DNA of 64,000 nucleotides from Betaproteobacteria bacterium (GCA_023259135.1 JAHFQX010000009.1:2519-66518); one strand, 5' to 3'. Positions 9,693-20,331 are shown, counted from the first letter of the stretch. The notes: generated from the sequence alone by a model not told the origin. Made by a program: numbers and translations.

Positions 9693-10463
9693 TCAGGGCT
9701 TCAACACCGCCAGCCGCTGCTTGGCTTTGTCGGCGGCTTCGCTGGTGGGGTGCTTGGCGACGATTTCCTCCAGGGTTTTACGGCTGGCGCCGATATTGCC
9801 CAGTTCCAGCAGGGCGCTGGCCATGTTGAGCTTGGCGTCGGGAACTTTCGGACTGTCGGGATAGCCGGCGATGAGCTTCTGGTGGCTGGCAATAGCGCTC
9901 TTATAGTCCTTGAGGTGGTACTGGGATTCCCCGATCCAGTATTGGGCTGCGGCGGCTAGAGTGCTCTTGGGATAGGCCGCGAGGAATTTCTGAAAGGCCG
10001 CTGCCGCGCCTTTGTAATTGCCGGTTTTGCGCAGTTCCTGGGCGGCTTCGTAGGCTTTGGTTTCATCGGTCGGGGGAGCGGGCTCGGCCGCGGTGGCAGC
10101 CACCGTAGCCGCAGCGGCCGCATCTTCAAGACGGCGCAGACGCGTATCGAGATCGACGTAGAAGTCCTTTTGACGTTTTTCGGCCGTCGCGATGCCGTTT
10201 TGCAGCACTTCCAACTGGCCTTGCAAGCGGTTGATTTCGGCGCTTAGCGCCTCGATCTGGTTGAACAGGCTCAGCAGCCGCTGGTTGAGGGCGTCCTCGG
10301 TTTTGCCGATGCGGGCCAAGGTGTCCCGGTGCTGAGTCTCCAGCCGCTCGATACGCTGCTGCTGCTCGACGATGCGCTGCCGGGCGACATCGTCATCGAA
10401 CAGCCCCGCCACGGCGGGAGCGGCTCCGAGCAGCAGCAGCGCGGCCAGGAAACGGCGCGGCAT
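9693..10463 (-). CDS. cpoB: Tol-Pal system protein YbgF/CpoB
   Basis: Signal peptide, coiled coil, C-terminal TPRs (YWIGESQYHLKDYKSAI). Lies directly downstream of pal. Confidence 0.88.
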   Translation of the reverse strand: MPRRFLAALLLLGAAPAVAGLFDDDVARQRIVEQQQRIERLETQHRDTLARIGKTEDALNQRLLSLFNQIEALSAEINRLQGQLEVLQNGIATAEKRQKDFYVDLDTRLRRLEDAAAAATVAATAAEPAPPTDETKAYEAAQELRKTGNYKGAAAAFQKFLAAYPKSTLAAAAQYWIGESQYHLKDYKSAIASHQKLIAGYPDSPKVPDAKLNMASALLELGNIGASRKTLEEIVAKHPTSEAADKAKQRLAVLKP

Positions 10464-10466
10464 GGC

Positions 10467-11030
10467 TTATTCCCCGGCGTAAACGATGTCGGAGCGGCGA
10501 TTCTGGGCCCAGGCCGCCTCGTCGTGGCCTTCGGCCTTGGGCTTTTCTTCGCCAAAGCTGACGGCCTCAATTTGGTTTTCGGTCACCCCCAGCACCATCA
10601 AAGCGCGTCTGACGCCATCGGCGCGGCGCTGCCCTAGGGCCAGGTTATATTCCCGGCTGCCGCGTTCGTCGCAGTTGCCTTGGATGATGATTTTGGAATT
10701 TTTGTTTTCCAGAAGATATTTGGCATGGGCCTGGAGCAGGGGCTGGTACTCATCCTTGATGGCGTGGCTGTCCAGGTCGTAGTAGATGCTGCGCTTGGAA
10801 AGGATGTTGGCCGGGTCTTTCAAGGGGTTGCTCAAGGGAGTCTGGGCCACCGGACTGGCTTGAGCAGGGGCCGTGGTGGCCTGGGGAGCCGTCGGCGCAG
10901 CCGTCGGGGTACGGTCTTCCACCGCGGCTTTGGGAGTGTCTTTGGTTTCTTGGCCGGCGCAGGCGGCCAGCAGCAACACGGCGGCGATGGGAAATGAGCG
11001 ATATACGGCGGCGCGGAGGGCAGGCTTCAT
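10467..11030 (-). CDS. pal: Peptidoglycan-associated lipoprotein Pal
   Basis: Lipobox LLAAC. OmpA-like domain NCDERGSREYNLALGQRRA. Confidence 0.93.
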   Translation of the reverse strand: MKPALRAAVYRSFPIAAVLLLAACAGQETKDTPKAAVEDRTPTAAPTAPQATTAPAQASPVAQTPLSNPLKDPANILSKRSIYYDLDSHAIKDEYQPLLQAHAKYLLENKNSKIIIQGNCDERGSREYNLALGQRRADGVRRALMVLGVTENQIEAVSFGEEKPKAEGHDEAAWAQNRRSDIVYAGE

Positions 11031-11080
11031 TATGATGGCTCCTTAATGGTTGGAAGACTTAAAACAGACCAGCGGCATGC

Positions 11081-12379
11081 TCAAGGGTTCCGTGGCAGAG
11101 GTCCCCAGGCCGGTTCCCGCACGTCTCCGCTGCTGGCGGTCAGTCGCTGCTTGACCCGGCCGTCGCTGGATACCGCGGCGAGCACGCCGCGGCCGCGAAG
11201 CTCGCTGGCATAGAGGATAATCTTGCCGTTGGGGGCGAAGCTGGGGGATTCATCCAGGGATCCATCGGTGAGCAACTGAACTTGCCGGCTGGCGATATCC
11301 TGGACGGCCACTTGGAAACGGCCGTTGTTGCGCTGAATGAAGGCGAAGGATTTGCCGTCGGGACTCACCCGGGGCGAGGCATTGTAGCTGCCTTCGAAGG
11401 TCAGCCGCTCGGCCGGGCCGCCCGCTGCGGAGATGCGGTAAATTTGCGGACTGCCGCCCCGATCGGAAGTGAAATAAATCCACTGGCCGTCCGGGGAGAA
11501 GGACGGCTCGGTATCGATTCCCGGGCTTTGGGCCAAGCGCTGCACTCCTTTGCCGTCGGCGCCCACCAGATAGAGTTGGGAACCGCCGTCCTTGCTGAGC
11601 ACCACCGCCAGCCGCTTGCCGTCCGGAGCCCAGGCGGGGGCGCTGTTGCTGCCGCGGAATTCCGCCACCGCCAGCCGTTGTCCGGTGAGCAGCGATTGCA
11701 CATAGACCACCGGTTTTTTGGCTTCGAAGGAAACATAGGCCAGGTGCGCGCCATCGGGAGACCAGGCCGGGGAAATGATGGGCTCGTTGGAATTCACCAC
11801 GGACCGGGGGTTGAAGCCGTCGGCGTCCGCCACCTCCAGGGTGAAGCGGCGACCTTGCTTAACCACGTAGGCGATCTTGGTGCTGAACACGCCCCGGTCG
11901 CCGGTGAGCTTTTCGTACACTTCATCGGCGATGCGGTGGGCGGCGGTCCGCAGTTGCGCGGGGGTGACGGTGTAGCTGACTCCGGCCAGGGAAGTTTGCT
12001 TGGCGACATCGAACAACCGGAAGCGCACTTCCAGGCGGCCGTCGGGTCGCTGGGTGACGCCGCCCGCTACCAGGGCCTCCGCTCCCCGCCCGCGCCAATC
12101 CCCCCAATTCACCACCTGGGGCTCGGGAGGCACCGGATTGTCGCCGGTATCCAGGGTCTTGAATAGCCCGGTGCGGGCCAAGTCGGCGCGGATCACCCCT
12201 GCCAGACCTGGGGGAGTGCCGCCGTCCCCCACGAAAGCAGTGACCGCCACCGGAATCTGGTTGGCCCCGCCGCCCACGATCTCGATGGTGAGAGCGGCCG
12301 ATGCGGCCGACGGCAGCATCGCCAAGAACAGAGCGGTCGACGCGGCGCGGCGTATCCGGGAAAGCAGACTACGAATCAT
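11081..12379 (-). CDS. tolB: Tol-Pal system beta-propeller protein TolB
   Basis: Signal peptide. Repeated propeller blades SPAWSPDG / APAWAPDG / EPSFSPDG / SPRVSPDG / SPSFAPNG. Confidence 0.94.
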   Translation of the reverse strand: MIRSLLSRIRRAASTALFLAMLPSAASAALTIEIVGGGANQIPVAVTAFVGDGGTPPGLAGVIRADLARTGLFKTLDTGDNPVPPEPQVVNWGDWRGRGAEALVAGGVTQRPDGRLEVRFRLFDVAKQTSLAGVSYTVTPAQLRTAAHRIADEVYEKLTGDRGVFSTKIAYVVKQGRRFTLEVADADGFNPRSVVNSNEPIISPAWSPDGAHLAYVSFEAKKPVVYVQSLLTGQRLAVAEFRGSNSAPAWAPDGKRLAVVLSKDGGSQLYLVGADGKGVQRLAQSPGIDTEPSFSPDGQWIYFTSDRGGSPQIYRISAAGGPAERLTFEGSYNASPRVSPDGKSFAFIQRNNGRFQVAVQDIASRQVQLLTDGSLDESPSFAPNGKIILYASELRGRGVLAAVSSDGRVKQRLTASSGDVREPAWGPLPRNP

Positions 12380-12410
12380 GGCGGGTAATCATATCACTAC
12401 TGTTGGAGGA

Positions 12411-13148
12411 TCAACTTTGTGGGCGGAATTGCAGCACCAGTTCCCTGAAGCGTGGGAACAGCGCCGGATCGGGAGGCAATGGCAACGGCTGGGCCTTGTA
12501 AATGGCGCGTTCGACGGCGGCGTCGTAAGCCGGAGAGCCGCTGCTTTTGACGAGTTTCGCGCTCAATACATCGCCGCCGGGGAGCAGGGTGACCTGGTAT
12601 TCCGCCTGGGGATTACCGGTCAGATCGGGGGGGATGATCGTGAAGCGGTGAATCTTGGCCTGGATGCGGGCCTTGTAGTCGTTCTCGATGCGGCTTTGGG
12701 TGGCTTGGCGAGCCTCTTGCTGGCGCCGCGCCGCGTCTTCCAAATCTTTCCTGGCGGCGGCTTCCCGGGCTTGCTGGGCGGCGATGCGCTGTTTTTCTTC
12801 TTGTTTGCGTTTTTCCTCCTCGGCTTTTTTGCGCTGGGCCTGTTGTTTGGTCTGTTCCTCGCGCTGCCGCTGCTCCGCTTCCTGTTTGGCCTTGAGGGCG
12901 ATGTCGGGGCGCGGGGCGGGAGCCGGCTCGGCGGCCTTGGGCGGGTTTTTTTTGAGGGGGGGCGGCTCCGGCTCGGCTGCCGGAGTAGAGGCAGGCCGGG
13001 CGGGCAGGCTTTGCCACACCGCCACTTCCATGATTTGCGGCGGCTTGCGCTGCCAAGAAACGCCGAAGGCCAGGAAAATGAAAAACAGGATATGCACCGA
13101 CAAGGCTAGCAGCCCGGCCCGGACTTGCCCCGGCTTGGCGCGGCTCAC
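12411..13148 (-). CDS. tolA: Tol-Pal system protein TolA
   Basis: N-terminal TM helix, long K/E/A/Q-rich helical region, TolA C-terminal domain. Position between tolR and tolB. Confidence 0.88.
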   Translation of the reverse strand: MSRAKPGQVRAGLLALSVHILFFIFLAFGVSWQRKPPQIMEVAVWQSLPARPASTPAAEPEPPPLKKNPPKAAEPAPAPRPDIALKAKQEAEQRQREEQTKQQAQRKKAEEEKRKQEEKQRIAAQQAREAAARKDLEDAARRQQEARQATQSRIENDYKARIQAKIHRFTIIPPDLTGNPQAEYQVTLLPGGDVLSAKLVKSSGSPAYDAAVERAIYKAQPLPLPPDPALFPRFRELVLQFRPQS

Positions 13149-13561
13149 TTGGCCCCCGGCTTGACCAATAGGCCCACTTTCTTGATTTGCTCCTTGTGCA
13201 GCAGGTCCATGATTTCCATCACCGCTTGATAGCGGACATTCTTGTCGGCGCTGATGACCACCGGCTGGTTGGGATTCTGCGTTTGTTTCTGGCGCACCAG
13301 CCGGGCCAGTTCCTGGCGGGTGACAGCGCGTTCCTCCCCTCCCGGATCCCGCAGCGCCAGGGCGGCGTCGTTGCGGATCAGCACTTCCAGCGGCGCCACC
13401 GGCGGCGCCGGAGATTGGCCAATCTCCGGCAGATCCACCTGGCCGGGTTGGATGAGGGGCGCGGTCACCATGAAAATCACCAGCAGCACCAACATCACGT
13501 CGATGTAGGGCACCACGTTGATCTGATTCATGAGGCGCCGGGAGGCGCGACGCTCCGGCAT
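13145..13561 (-). CDS. tolR: Tol-Pal system protein TolR (ExbD/TolR family)
   Basis: MNQINVVPYIDVMLVLLVIFMV TM segment. ATG at 13561 overlaps the tolQ stop (TAATG). The track ORF 13145..14140 over-extends in the same frame. Confidence 0.9.
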   Translation of the reverse strand: MPERRASRRLMNQINVVPYIDVMLVLLVIFMVTAPLIQPGQVDLPEIGQSPAPPVAPLEVLIRNDAALALRDPGGEERAVTRQELARLVRQKQTQNPNQPVVISADKNVRYQAVMEIMDLLHKEQIKKVGLLVKPGAK

Positions 13562-14244
13562 TATGACGGCCGTACCTGCCGTTGCAGAATATTGGAGAAT
13601 TCTTCCATGAAGCTTTCGAAGCGGATCGCCAGCCGGTTGATGTCGTAGGCGTAGCGGTTGTACGCCACCACCGCCGGAATGGCGGCGAACAGTCCCATGG
13701 CGGTGGCCACTAGGGCCTCGGCGATGCCGGGAGCCACATGGGCCAGGGTGGCTTGGCCGACGTTGGCCAGCCCGCGGAAGGCGTTCATGATGCCCCACAC
13801 CGTGCCGAACAACCCGACATAGGGACTCACCGACCCGACCGAGGCGAGAAAGGACAAGTGAGATTCGAGGCGGTCCATTTCCCGCTGGAAAGTGGCTCGC
13901 ATGGCCCGCCGGGTGCCGTCCATGACGATGCTGACATCCAGGCTGGGCTGGCGGCGCAGCTTGAGGTACTCCCGGAAGCCGGATTCGAAGATGCGGGCCA
14001 GGCTGCCCGCCGGGTCCTGGCTGCCGGGGGCCCTTTCGTACAACTGGGTCAGGTCCGAGCCGCTCCAGAAATCTTTCTCGAAGGCTTCCGCGTGAAGGCG
14101 GGTGGCGCGAATGGAAAACAGCTTGAAGAAGATGCCCCACCAGGACATGAAGGACACCGCCAGCAGGAGGGCCATCACCAACTGCACCAGCACGCTGGCG
14201 TTGACGATCATGCTGACGATGGATAAATCTTGGGTGACTTCCAT
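13561..14244 (-). CDS. tolQ: Tol-Pal system protein TolQ (MotA/TolQ/ExbB channel)
   Basis: Three TM helices. SVSPYVGLFGTVWGIMNAF motif. Confidence 0.93.
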   Translation of the reverse strand: MEVTQDLSIVSMIVNASVLVQLVMALLLAVSFMSWWGIFFKLFSIRATRLHAEAFEKDFWSGSDLTQLYERAPGSQDPAGSLARIFESGFREYLKLRRQPSLDVSIVMDGTRRAMRATFQREMDRLESHLSFLASVGSVSPYVGLFGTVWGIMNAFRGLANVGQATLAHVAPGIAEALVATAMGLFAAIPAVVAYNRYAYDINRLAIRFESFMEEFSNILQRQVRPS

Positions 14245-14251
14245 GCTGCTC

Positions 14252-14593
14252 CTAGCGAAAAAAAAGTTCTTGCAGCGCCTGGGGAATCCGGCTCAGGCGG
14301 AAACTTTTGGCGTCCACCGGCGCAACCTTGACCTGGGCCCGCAGCAATAATTCGTCAGCCCGGCGAATTTGCTGGACGAAGCTCAACGATACCGGGGTGG
14401 CCTCCGCAGGGCGGACGCTGACCGACAGCAGATCGTCCATGGTGGCGGGCTTGCGGTATTCCACCGACAAGGAGCGTACCGGAAACAACAAGCCGAATTG
14501 CCGCACCAGGGCATGATGGCCGTAGCCCAGGGCTCGGAGCCAATCGCTGCGGGCCCGTTCCAGGTAATCCAAATACACCGAATGGTAAACCAC
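14252..14593 (-). CDS. ybgC: Tol-Pal-associated acyl-CoA thioesterase YbgC (hotdog fold); true start probably upstream of the track GTG
   Basis: GVVYHSVYLDYLERARSDWLRALG. The same frame stays open upstream and encodes FVIPVRVYYQDTDLAG, including the catalytic-Asp region (see finding). Confidence 0.8.
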   Translation of the reverse strand: MVYHSVYLDYLERARSDWLRALGYGHHALVRQFGLLFPVRSLSVEYRKPATMDDLLSVSVRPAEATPVSLSFVQQIRRADELLLRAQVKVAPVDAKSFRLSRIPQALQELFFR

Positions 14594-14693
14594 GCCGGCC
14601 AGATCGGTATCCTGGTAATAGACCCGGACCGGAATGACGAATTCCGCATCCCGGGAAGGGAGGGGGACAGTGTGTGCCGCTGGGTGGGTCAGT

Positions 14694-15767
14694 TTAGGGC
14701 TCCCACAGGTCGGGTTGGCCCGTGGCCGGCAGAGCCAAGCCGAAATGACGGTAAGCGGCGGGGGTGGCCATGCGGCCCCGGGGGGTGCGCTGTAAATAAC
14801 CTTGCTGGATGAGGTAGGGCTCCAGCACGTCCTCGATGGTATCCCGGGCTTCGCCGATGGCCGCCGCCAGGTTGTCCAAACCGACCGGCCCGCCGGAGAA
14901 ACGCTCCAGCACGGCCAGCAGCAGTTTGCGGTCCATGACGTCGAACCCCAGGGGGTCGACCTCCAGCATGGCCAGGGCGGCGTCCGCGATCATCCGATCG
15001 ATGCGGCCGTCGGCCTTGACCTGGGCGTAGTCCCGCACCCGGCGCAGCAGCCGGTTGGCGATGCGCGGCGTGCCTCGGGAGCGGGCGGCGATTTCCCGTG
15101 AGCCCTCGTCCGACAGGGCGACTTGCAGCAATTGGGCGGAACGTTCCACGATGCGTCCCAGTTCTTCCTGGGAATAAAACTCCAGCCGGGCGGTGATGCC
15201 GAAACGATCCCGCAGCGGACTGGTCAGCATGCCGGCGCGGGTGGTGGCGCCCACCAGGGTGAAGGGCGGCAAGTCCAGCTTGATGGAGCGAGCGGCGGGG
15301 CCTTCGCCGATCATGATGTCCAGTTGGAAATCTTCCAGGGCGGGGTAGAGAATTTCCTCCACCACCGGGCTCAAGCGGTGAATCTCGTCGATGAACAGCA
15401 CGTCCCGGGATTCCAGGTTGGTGAGCAACGCCGCCAGGTCACCGGGCCGCTCCAGCACCGGGCCCGAGGTGTGGCGCAGATTGACGCCCATTTCCCGCGC
15501 CAGAATGTGGGCCAGGGTGGTCTTGCCCAAGCCTGGCGGGCCGAACAGCAGCACGTGGTCGAGGGCTTCGCCCCGCTGCCGGGCGGCGGTGATAAAAATA
15601 TCCAGTTGCTCGCGGATTTTTTCCTGGCCCACGTAATCGGCTAGCCGCTGGGGGCGCAGAGCCCGCTCCAGGGCTTCCTCCTGGTCGGAGAGGGGGGCTC
15701 CGGCGACCAGCCGGTCAGCGTCGATCATGATTCTGGTGGCCGATTCTAGTGACCCTTTAGCGGTCAT
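14694..15767 (-). CDS. ruvB: Holliday junction helicase RuvB
   Basis: Walker [18 protein letters not shown], arginine-finger region. An alternative ATG at 15728 (MIDADRLV) is equally plausible. Confidence 0.93.
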   Translation of the reverse strand: MTAKGSLESATRIMIDADRLVAGAPLSDQEEALERALRPQRLADYVGQEKIREQLDIFITAARQRGEALDHVLLFGPPGLGKTTLAHILAREMGVNLRHTSGPVLERPGDLAALLTNLESRDVLFIDEIHRLSPVVEEILYPALEDFQLDIMIGEGPAARSIKLDLPPFTLVGATTRAGMLTSPLRDRFGITARLEFYSQEELGRIVERSAQLLQVALSDEGSREIAARSRGTPRIANRLLRRVRDYAQVKADGRIDRMIADAALAMLEVDPLGFDVMDRKLLLAVLERFSGGPVGLDNLAAAIGEARDTIEDVLEPYLIQQGYLQRTPRGRMATPAAYRHFGLALPATGQPDLWEP

Positions 15768-15810
15768 TGCATCTGGGCTATCGGAGCACAGGGGTCATGG
15801 AAAAGGGCGG

Positions 15811-16389
15811 TCATCCTTTGGACAGCAGTTTGAGGGCTTGGCGGATGCCTTCGTCCACCGGAGCCGCGGGCGGCAACTGGCCTACCGCCCAGCCGGCTTC
15901 CTTGGGATTATAGCCCAAGGCCAGCAAGGCGCTCAGGATGTCGCCCGGGCTGCTCCCGGCTGCGGCCGGAGCGAGCGTGGCGCCGCCCGCCGGTAATTTA
16001 TCCTTAAGCTCCAGCAACAGCCGCTCGGCGGTCTTTTTGCCGATGCCGGGAATTCGGGTGAAGCGTCCGCTGTCTTGAATGGCGACGGCCTGGCCCAGTT
16101 CGGCGACGCTCAAACCCGACAACACCGCCAGAGCGGTACGGGCGCCTACCCCGCTGATCTTGGTGAGCAGCCGAAAGGCTTCCCGCTCTTGCAAGGTGCC
16201 GAAGCCGAACAGTTGGTGAGCGTCTTCCCGGACCAGCAGATGGGTGTGGAGCGTCACCGTTTCTCCCGTGGCCGGAAGTTGGTAGAGGGTGCTCATGGGC
16301 ACGTCTACCTCGTAGCCCACGCCGCCCACGTCCACCAGCACTTGGGGCGGGCGCTTCTCCCGCAGAATTCCCGACAAGCGGCCGATCAT
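15811..16389 (-). CDS. ruvA: Holliday junction DNA-binding protein RuvA
   Basis: [12 protein letters not shown]...GVGYEV. Hh[15 protein letters not shown]. The track ORF 15811..16638 over-extends. Confidence 0.92.
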   Translation of the reverse strand: MIGRLSGILREKRPPQVLVDVGGVGYEVDVPMSTLYQLPATGETVTLHTHLLVREDAHQLFGFGTLQEREAFRLLTKISGVGARTALAVLSGLSVAELGQAVAIQDSGRFTRIPGIGKKTAERLLLELKDKLPAGGATLAPAAAGSSPGDILSALLALGYNPKEAGWAVGQLPPAAPVDEGIRQALKLLSKG

Positions 16390-16399
16390 CCTTGAAACC

Positions 16400-16924
16400 T
16401 CATATGAGTCTTCCGCGCTTGACGCGATAGCCGGCGGTAGCCAGCGCCCCGAGCCCCTGGCCGCCGTGGGCGTGGCAGATGGCGCAGGCCAGGGCATCCG
16501 CGGCGTCGGCCTGAGGCGCCGCGGGCAAGGCCAGCAGCCGTTGCACCATGTGCTGTACTTGCTCCTTGTCGGCGTGACCGTTGCCCACCACGGCTTGCTT
16601 GACCTGCAGCGCGGTGTATTCCGCCACCAGCAGGCCATGGGTGACCGCAGCGCAGATGGCGGCGCCGCGGGCTTGTCCCAGCATCAGGGTGGAGCGGGGG
16701 TTGACGTTGACGAACACTTCCTCCACCGCGACTTCCTGGGGGCGGTGCTGGGTGATAACCTGGGCCAAGCCTTCGAGGATACTTTGCAGCCGCGATGGAA
16801 GACTGCCGTCGGGTGTCCGCACACAGCCGCTGGCCACATAGCGCAGTTGCTGCCCGGTACGGTCCAGCACGCCGAAGCCAGTGACCCGCAAGCCAGGGTC
16901 AATGCCCAGGATGCGGACCGTCAT
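16400..16924 (-). CDS. ruvC: Holliday junction resolvase RuvC
   Basis: [22 protein letters not shown] at 16924 overlaps the hemL stop (ATGA). Confidence 0.92.
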   Translation of the reverse strand: MTVRILGIDPGLRVTGFGVLDRTGQQLRYVASGCVRTPDGSLPSRLQSILEGLAQVITQHRPQEVAVEEVFVNVNPRSTLMLGQARGAAICAAVTHGLLVAEYTALQVKQAVVGNGHADKEQVQHMVQRLLALPAAPQADAADALACAICHAHGGQGLGALATAGYRVKRGRLI

Positions 16925-18213
16925 GGGCGGGCCAACTCCCCGAAGGCTTCCGCGGCGGCGGCCACGGTATGGGCCCATTCCCCGGGGCCGTGGGCGGAGG
17001 ACACGAAACCGGCCTCGAAGGCCGAGGGGGCCAGATAGACTCCCCGCTCCAGCATGGCGTGGAAGAAGCGCTTGAAGGCGGCGGTATCGCACTCCATGAC
17101 TTCCCGGTAACTGTCGGGCGGCGTGGCGCGGAAATAGAGGCCGAACATGCTGCCCACGGCCCGAGCGGAAAACGGCACGCCGTGTCGGCGCGCCTGTTCC
17201 GCCAGGGCTTCGGTGAGTTGCCGGGCGTAGGCTTCCAGGGTTTCGAAAAATCCGGGCCGCAGCACTTCCCTGAGGGTGGCCAATCCCGCCGCCACCGCCA
17301 CCGGATTGCCCGACAAGGTGCCGGCCTGGTACACCGGGCCCTCCGGGGCGAGCAGCGCCATGATCTCCCGCCGGCCGCCGAAAGCGCCCACCGGCAGCCC
17401 GCCGCCGATCACCTTGCCCAGCGTGGTGAGATCGGGAACGATGCCGTAGCGGCCTTGGGCGCAGCCGGCGCCGACCCGGAAGCCGGTCATCACCTCGTCG
17501 AAAATCAGCAGTGCGCCATGACGGGTGCACTGCTCCCGCAAGGTTTCCAGAAATCCGGGCCGCGGCGGGATCAGGTTCATGTTGCCCGCCACCGGTTCCA
17601 CGATGACCGCGGCGATTTCTGCACCCCGCTCCGAAAATGCCCGCTCCAACCCGGCAATGTCATTGTAGTCCAGCACCAGGGTATGGGCCGTCACCGCGGC
17701 AGGCACCCCGGCGGAGCTGGGTTGGCCCAGGGTCAGGGCCCCGGATCCGGCCTTTACCAGCAGGGCGTCGGCGTGGCCGTGGTAGCAGCCTTCGAATTTG
17801 GCGATCACATCCCGCCGGGTGTAGCCCCGCGCCAGTCGGATGGCGCTCATGGTGGCCTCGGTGCCGGAGCTGACCAGCCGCACCTGCTCCACCGCGGGCA
17901 ACTGGCGGGTCAGTAAAGTGGCCAGCTCCAACTCGGCCTCGGTGGGGGCGCCGAAGCTCAAGCCCCGCCGCGCCGCGGCTTCCACCGCCGCCACCACGGC
18001 GGGGGGGGCGTGACCCAGCACCAAGGGGCCCCAGGAGCCGACGTAATCCAGGTAACGCCGATCCTCGGCGTCCCACACCCAGGCGCCGGTTCCTTTCCGG
18101 AAAAATCGGGGGATGCCGCCCACGGCCTTGAAGGCTCGCACCGGCGAGTTGACGCCGCCGGGGATGACTTCCCGGGAGCGTCGGAATAGGTCTTCATTGC
18201 GGCTGGGGGGCAT
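16921..18213 (-). CDS. hemL: Glutamate-1-semialdehyde 2,1-aminomutase
   Basis: [12 protein letters not shown]; class-III aminotransferase throughout. ATG 18213 preferred over the TTG at 18231. Overlaps the thiE 3' end. Confidence 0.93.
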   Translation of the reverse strand: MPPSRNEDLFRRSREVIPGGVNSPVRAFKAVGGIPRFFRKGTGAWVWDAEDRRYLDYVGSWGPLVLGHAPPAVVAAVEAAARRGLSFGAPTEAELELATLLTRQLPAVEQVRLVSSGTEATMSAIRLARGYTRRDVIAKFEGCYHGHADALLVKAGSGALTLGQPSSAGVPAAVTAHTLVLDYNDIAGLERAFSERGAEIAAVIVEPVAGNMNLIPPRPGFLETLREQCTRHGALLIFDEVMTGFRVGAGCAQGRYGIVPDLTTLGKVIGGGLPVGAFGGRREIMALLAPEGPVYQAGTLSGNPVAVAAGLATLREVLRPGFFETLEAYARQLTEALAEQARRHGVPFSARAVGSMFGLYFRATPPDSYREVMECDTAAFKRFFHAMLERGVYLAPSAFEAGFVSSAHGPGEWAHTVAAAAEAFGELARP

Positions 18214-18844
18214 GGTCCTCGGCGGCTTCAAAAAGTTGGGTCAAGCGACGGGCGGCTCCCGCCGTGTCGGCGACGTCGAACAGCGCGGAGATGACCGCCA
18301 GCAAGGAAGCCCCGGCATCGATCAGCGCGCCGGCGTTGCCAGGGGTGATCCCGCCGATGGCGGCGATGGGCAGCAGCGTTAAGGTGCGGCGGGCCTGTTG
18401 CAACAAGTCGACGGGAGCCCGGACCGCGTCGGGCTTGGTGGCGGAAGGGAAGAAACTACCGAAAGCCACGTAGTCGGCTCCCAGGGATTGGGCCCGCAAG
18501 GCTGCTTCCAGGTCGCGGTAGCAAGAAGCGCCCAGCAGCTTGCCGGGGGGCAGCCGGCGGCGGGCCATCTCCAGGGAGTCGTCCGCGGCGCCTAGATGGA
18601 CCCCGTCGGCATCCAGTTGCAGGGCCAACTCCAAATGGTCGTTGACGATCAGTGGAACCCCCTGACGGCGACACAGCGGCAGCAAGGCCGCGGCCTGCTC
18701 CCGCCGCAAAGCGGCAGAGGCCGATTTATTGCGGTATTGCACCAGCCGAGCGCCGCCTTGCAAGGCCAGCCGGACAGCGGCCGTCAGCCGCCCGGTATCG
18801 GGCCAGTCGGGGGTGACGGCGTATAGGCCCCGTAGCGTGGACAT
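18194..18844 (-). CDS. thiE: Thiamine-phosphate synthase
   Basis: [10 protein letters not shown]...LVQYRNK...GVHLG...PIAAIGGI. Confidence 0.9.
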   Translation of the reverse strand: MSTLRGLYAVTPDWPDTGRLTAAVRLALQGGARLVQYRNKSASAALRREQAAALLPLCRRQGVPLIVNDHLELALQLDADGVHLGAADDSLEMARRRLPPGKLLGASCYRDLEAALRAQSLGADYVAFGSFFPSATKPDAVRAPVDLLQQARRTLTLLPIAAIGGITPGNAGALIDAGASLLAVISALFDVADTAGAARRLTQLFEAAEDHAPQPQ

Positions 18845-18847
18845 GCC

Positions 18848-19684
18848 CTATTGGTACTGGCCGGGGATTCCCGCCTGGTCCTCGTCTCGGGCCCAGAACA
18901 GGCGGTCTGGAATCGATTGACCCATGCCAGGCCGGTAGGCGAACTTGAGGGTCTGCCAGATGTAATCCTGAGCATCCTTGACGGCCTCGGGGAGGGCCAG
19001 GCCATTGGCCAGGGCCGCCGCAATGGCGGAGGCGAGGGTACATCCCGAGCCGTGATAGCCGCCTGCCAGACGCTGCCAGCGGTCGGCCCGGATGATGCCC
19101 TCGCGGGCGTAGAGGGTGTTGACGACTTCCGGAGTGTTCTCGTGGGTGCCGGTGATGAGCACATATTCGCAGCCCAGGGTGAGGATGCGCTGGGCCGCTT
19201 CCTCCAGGCTAGGTTCTTCCTTGTCATCCCAGTCCTGGGCCAAGCGGCGGGCTTCCATGCTGTTGGGGGTGAGGATGGTAGTCTGGGGAATCAGCATCTC
19301 GCGCAGCGCATCCACCATCTCGTCGCTGGCGAGTTCCTCGCCGTTGCCGGAGGCTAGCACTGGATCCAGCACCAGAGGCACGTCGGGATAGTCGGACACC
19401 ACCTCGGCCACGGCGCTGATGATTTCCACGCTGCCCAGCACGCCCAGCTTGAAGGCCGCCACCGGCATGTCTTCCAGGACGCAACGCGCCTGATCCGCCA
19501 CCCATGCGGGGTCCAGCGGCATCATGTCTTCCACCCGGGCGGTGTCTTGAATGGTGATGGCGGTGACGATCGACAAGGGATGACATCCCATACTGGCCAG
19601 AGTGAGGATGTCGGCCTGCAATCCGGCTCCTCCCGAGGGATCGGAGGCGGAGAACACCAGAACGCAAGGGGGAGAGGGCAGCAT
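18848..19684 (-). CDS. thiD: Hydroxymethylpyrimidine/phosphomethylpyrimidine kinase
   Basis: VLVFSASDPSGGAGLQADI...GYHGSGCTLASAIAA. Confidence 0.92.
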   Translation of the reverse strand: MLPSPPCVLVFSASDPSGGAGLQADILTLASMGCHPLSIVTAITIQDTARVEDMMPLDPAWVADQARCVLEDMPVAAFKLGVLGSVEIISAVAEVVSDYPDVPLVLDPVLASGNGEELASDEMVDALREMLIPQTTILTPNSMEARRLAQDWDDKEEPSLEEAAQRILTLGCEYVLITGTHENTPEVVNTLYAREGIIRADRWQRLAGGYHGSGCTLASAIAAALANGLALPEAVKDAQDYIWQTLKFAYRPGMGQSIPDRLFWARDEDQAGIPGQYQ

Positions 19685-19739
19685 GATGGGGCGGGCCGGT
19701 TGGGTTAGAATGAGATTTTAGCCGAAATCCAGCATCTCC

Positions 19740-19940
19740 ATGAGAAGCAGCGAAACAGCCGTCCCCGAACCCTCCTACAAGAGTTATATGTGCGTGATTT
19801 GCGGATTCATTTACGACGAGGCCGCAGGGTTGCCGGAAGAAGGGATTCCCCCCGGCACCCGCTGGGAAGATGTACCCCTGACTTTTACCTGTCCCGATTG
19901 CCACGCGTCCAAGGACGACTTTCAGCCCTTGGAGTTCTGA
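19740..19940 (+). CDS. Rubredoxin
   Basis: Two CxxC pairs (CVICG...CPDC) and WEDVP motif. The start could instead be the internal ATG at 19788. Confidence 0.88.
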   Translation: MRSSETAVPEPSYKSYMCVICGFIYDEAAGLPEEGIPPGTRWEDVPLTFTCPDCHASKDDFQPLEF

Positions 19941-19941
19941 A

Positions 19942-20331
19942 ATGCCGCCCCGTATTCTCCATACCATGCTGCGGGTCGGCGACCTGGACCGCTCCCTGGC
20001 TTTTTACACCGAAGCGCTGGGCATGCAACTGCTGCGCCGCCAGGATTACCCGGAAGGCCAATTCACCCTGGCCTTCGTCGGTTATGGCGACGAAGACGGC
20101 ACGGCGGTGATCGAGCTGACTCACAACTGGGGCGTGAGCGCCTATGAACTGGGCACCGGCTATGGCCACCTCGCCATCGGTGTGGAGGACATCCGCGCCG
20201 CCTGTGAGAGGGTGAAGCAAAAAGGCGGCCAAGTGACCCGCGAGCCGGGGCCCATGAAGCACGGCAGCACCGTCATTGCCTTCGTCACCGATCCGGACGG
20301 CTACAAGATCGAGTTTATCCAGCGGCATTAG
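19942..20331 (+). CDS. gloA: Lactoylglutathione lyase (glyoxalase I)
   Basis: [24 protein letters not shown]...[12 protein letters not shown]...GYKIEFIQ. Confidence 0.92.
   Translation: MPPRILHTMLRVGDLDRSLAFYTEALGMQLLRRQDYPEGQFTLAFVGYGDEDGTAVIELTHNWGVSAYELGTGYGHLAIGVEDIRAACERVKQKGGQVTREPGPMKHGSTVIAFVTDPDGYKIEFIQRH

Noticed and set aside
12700-13000. Repetitive-looking DNA in tolA (possible tandem repeat or CRISPR-like array)
   Set aside because: It reflects the K/E/A/Q-rich helical domain of TolA. There are no regular repeat-spacer units.
12000-13109. 369-aa plus-strand ORF
   Set aside because: It is antisense to tolB and tolA. It is Arg/Gly/Ala-rich with no family resemblance.
19685-19739. 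Possible TPP riboswitch upstream of thiD
   Set aside because: Only 55 nt are available, and none of the conserved THI-box sequence (CUGAGA ... ACCUGAUCUGGAUAAUGCCAGCG) is present.
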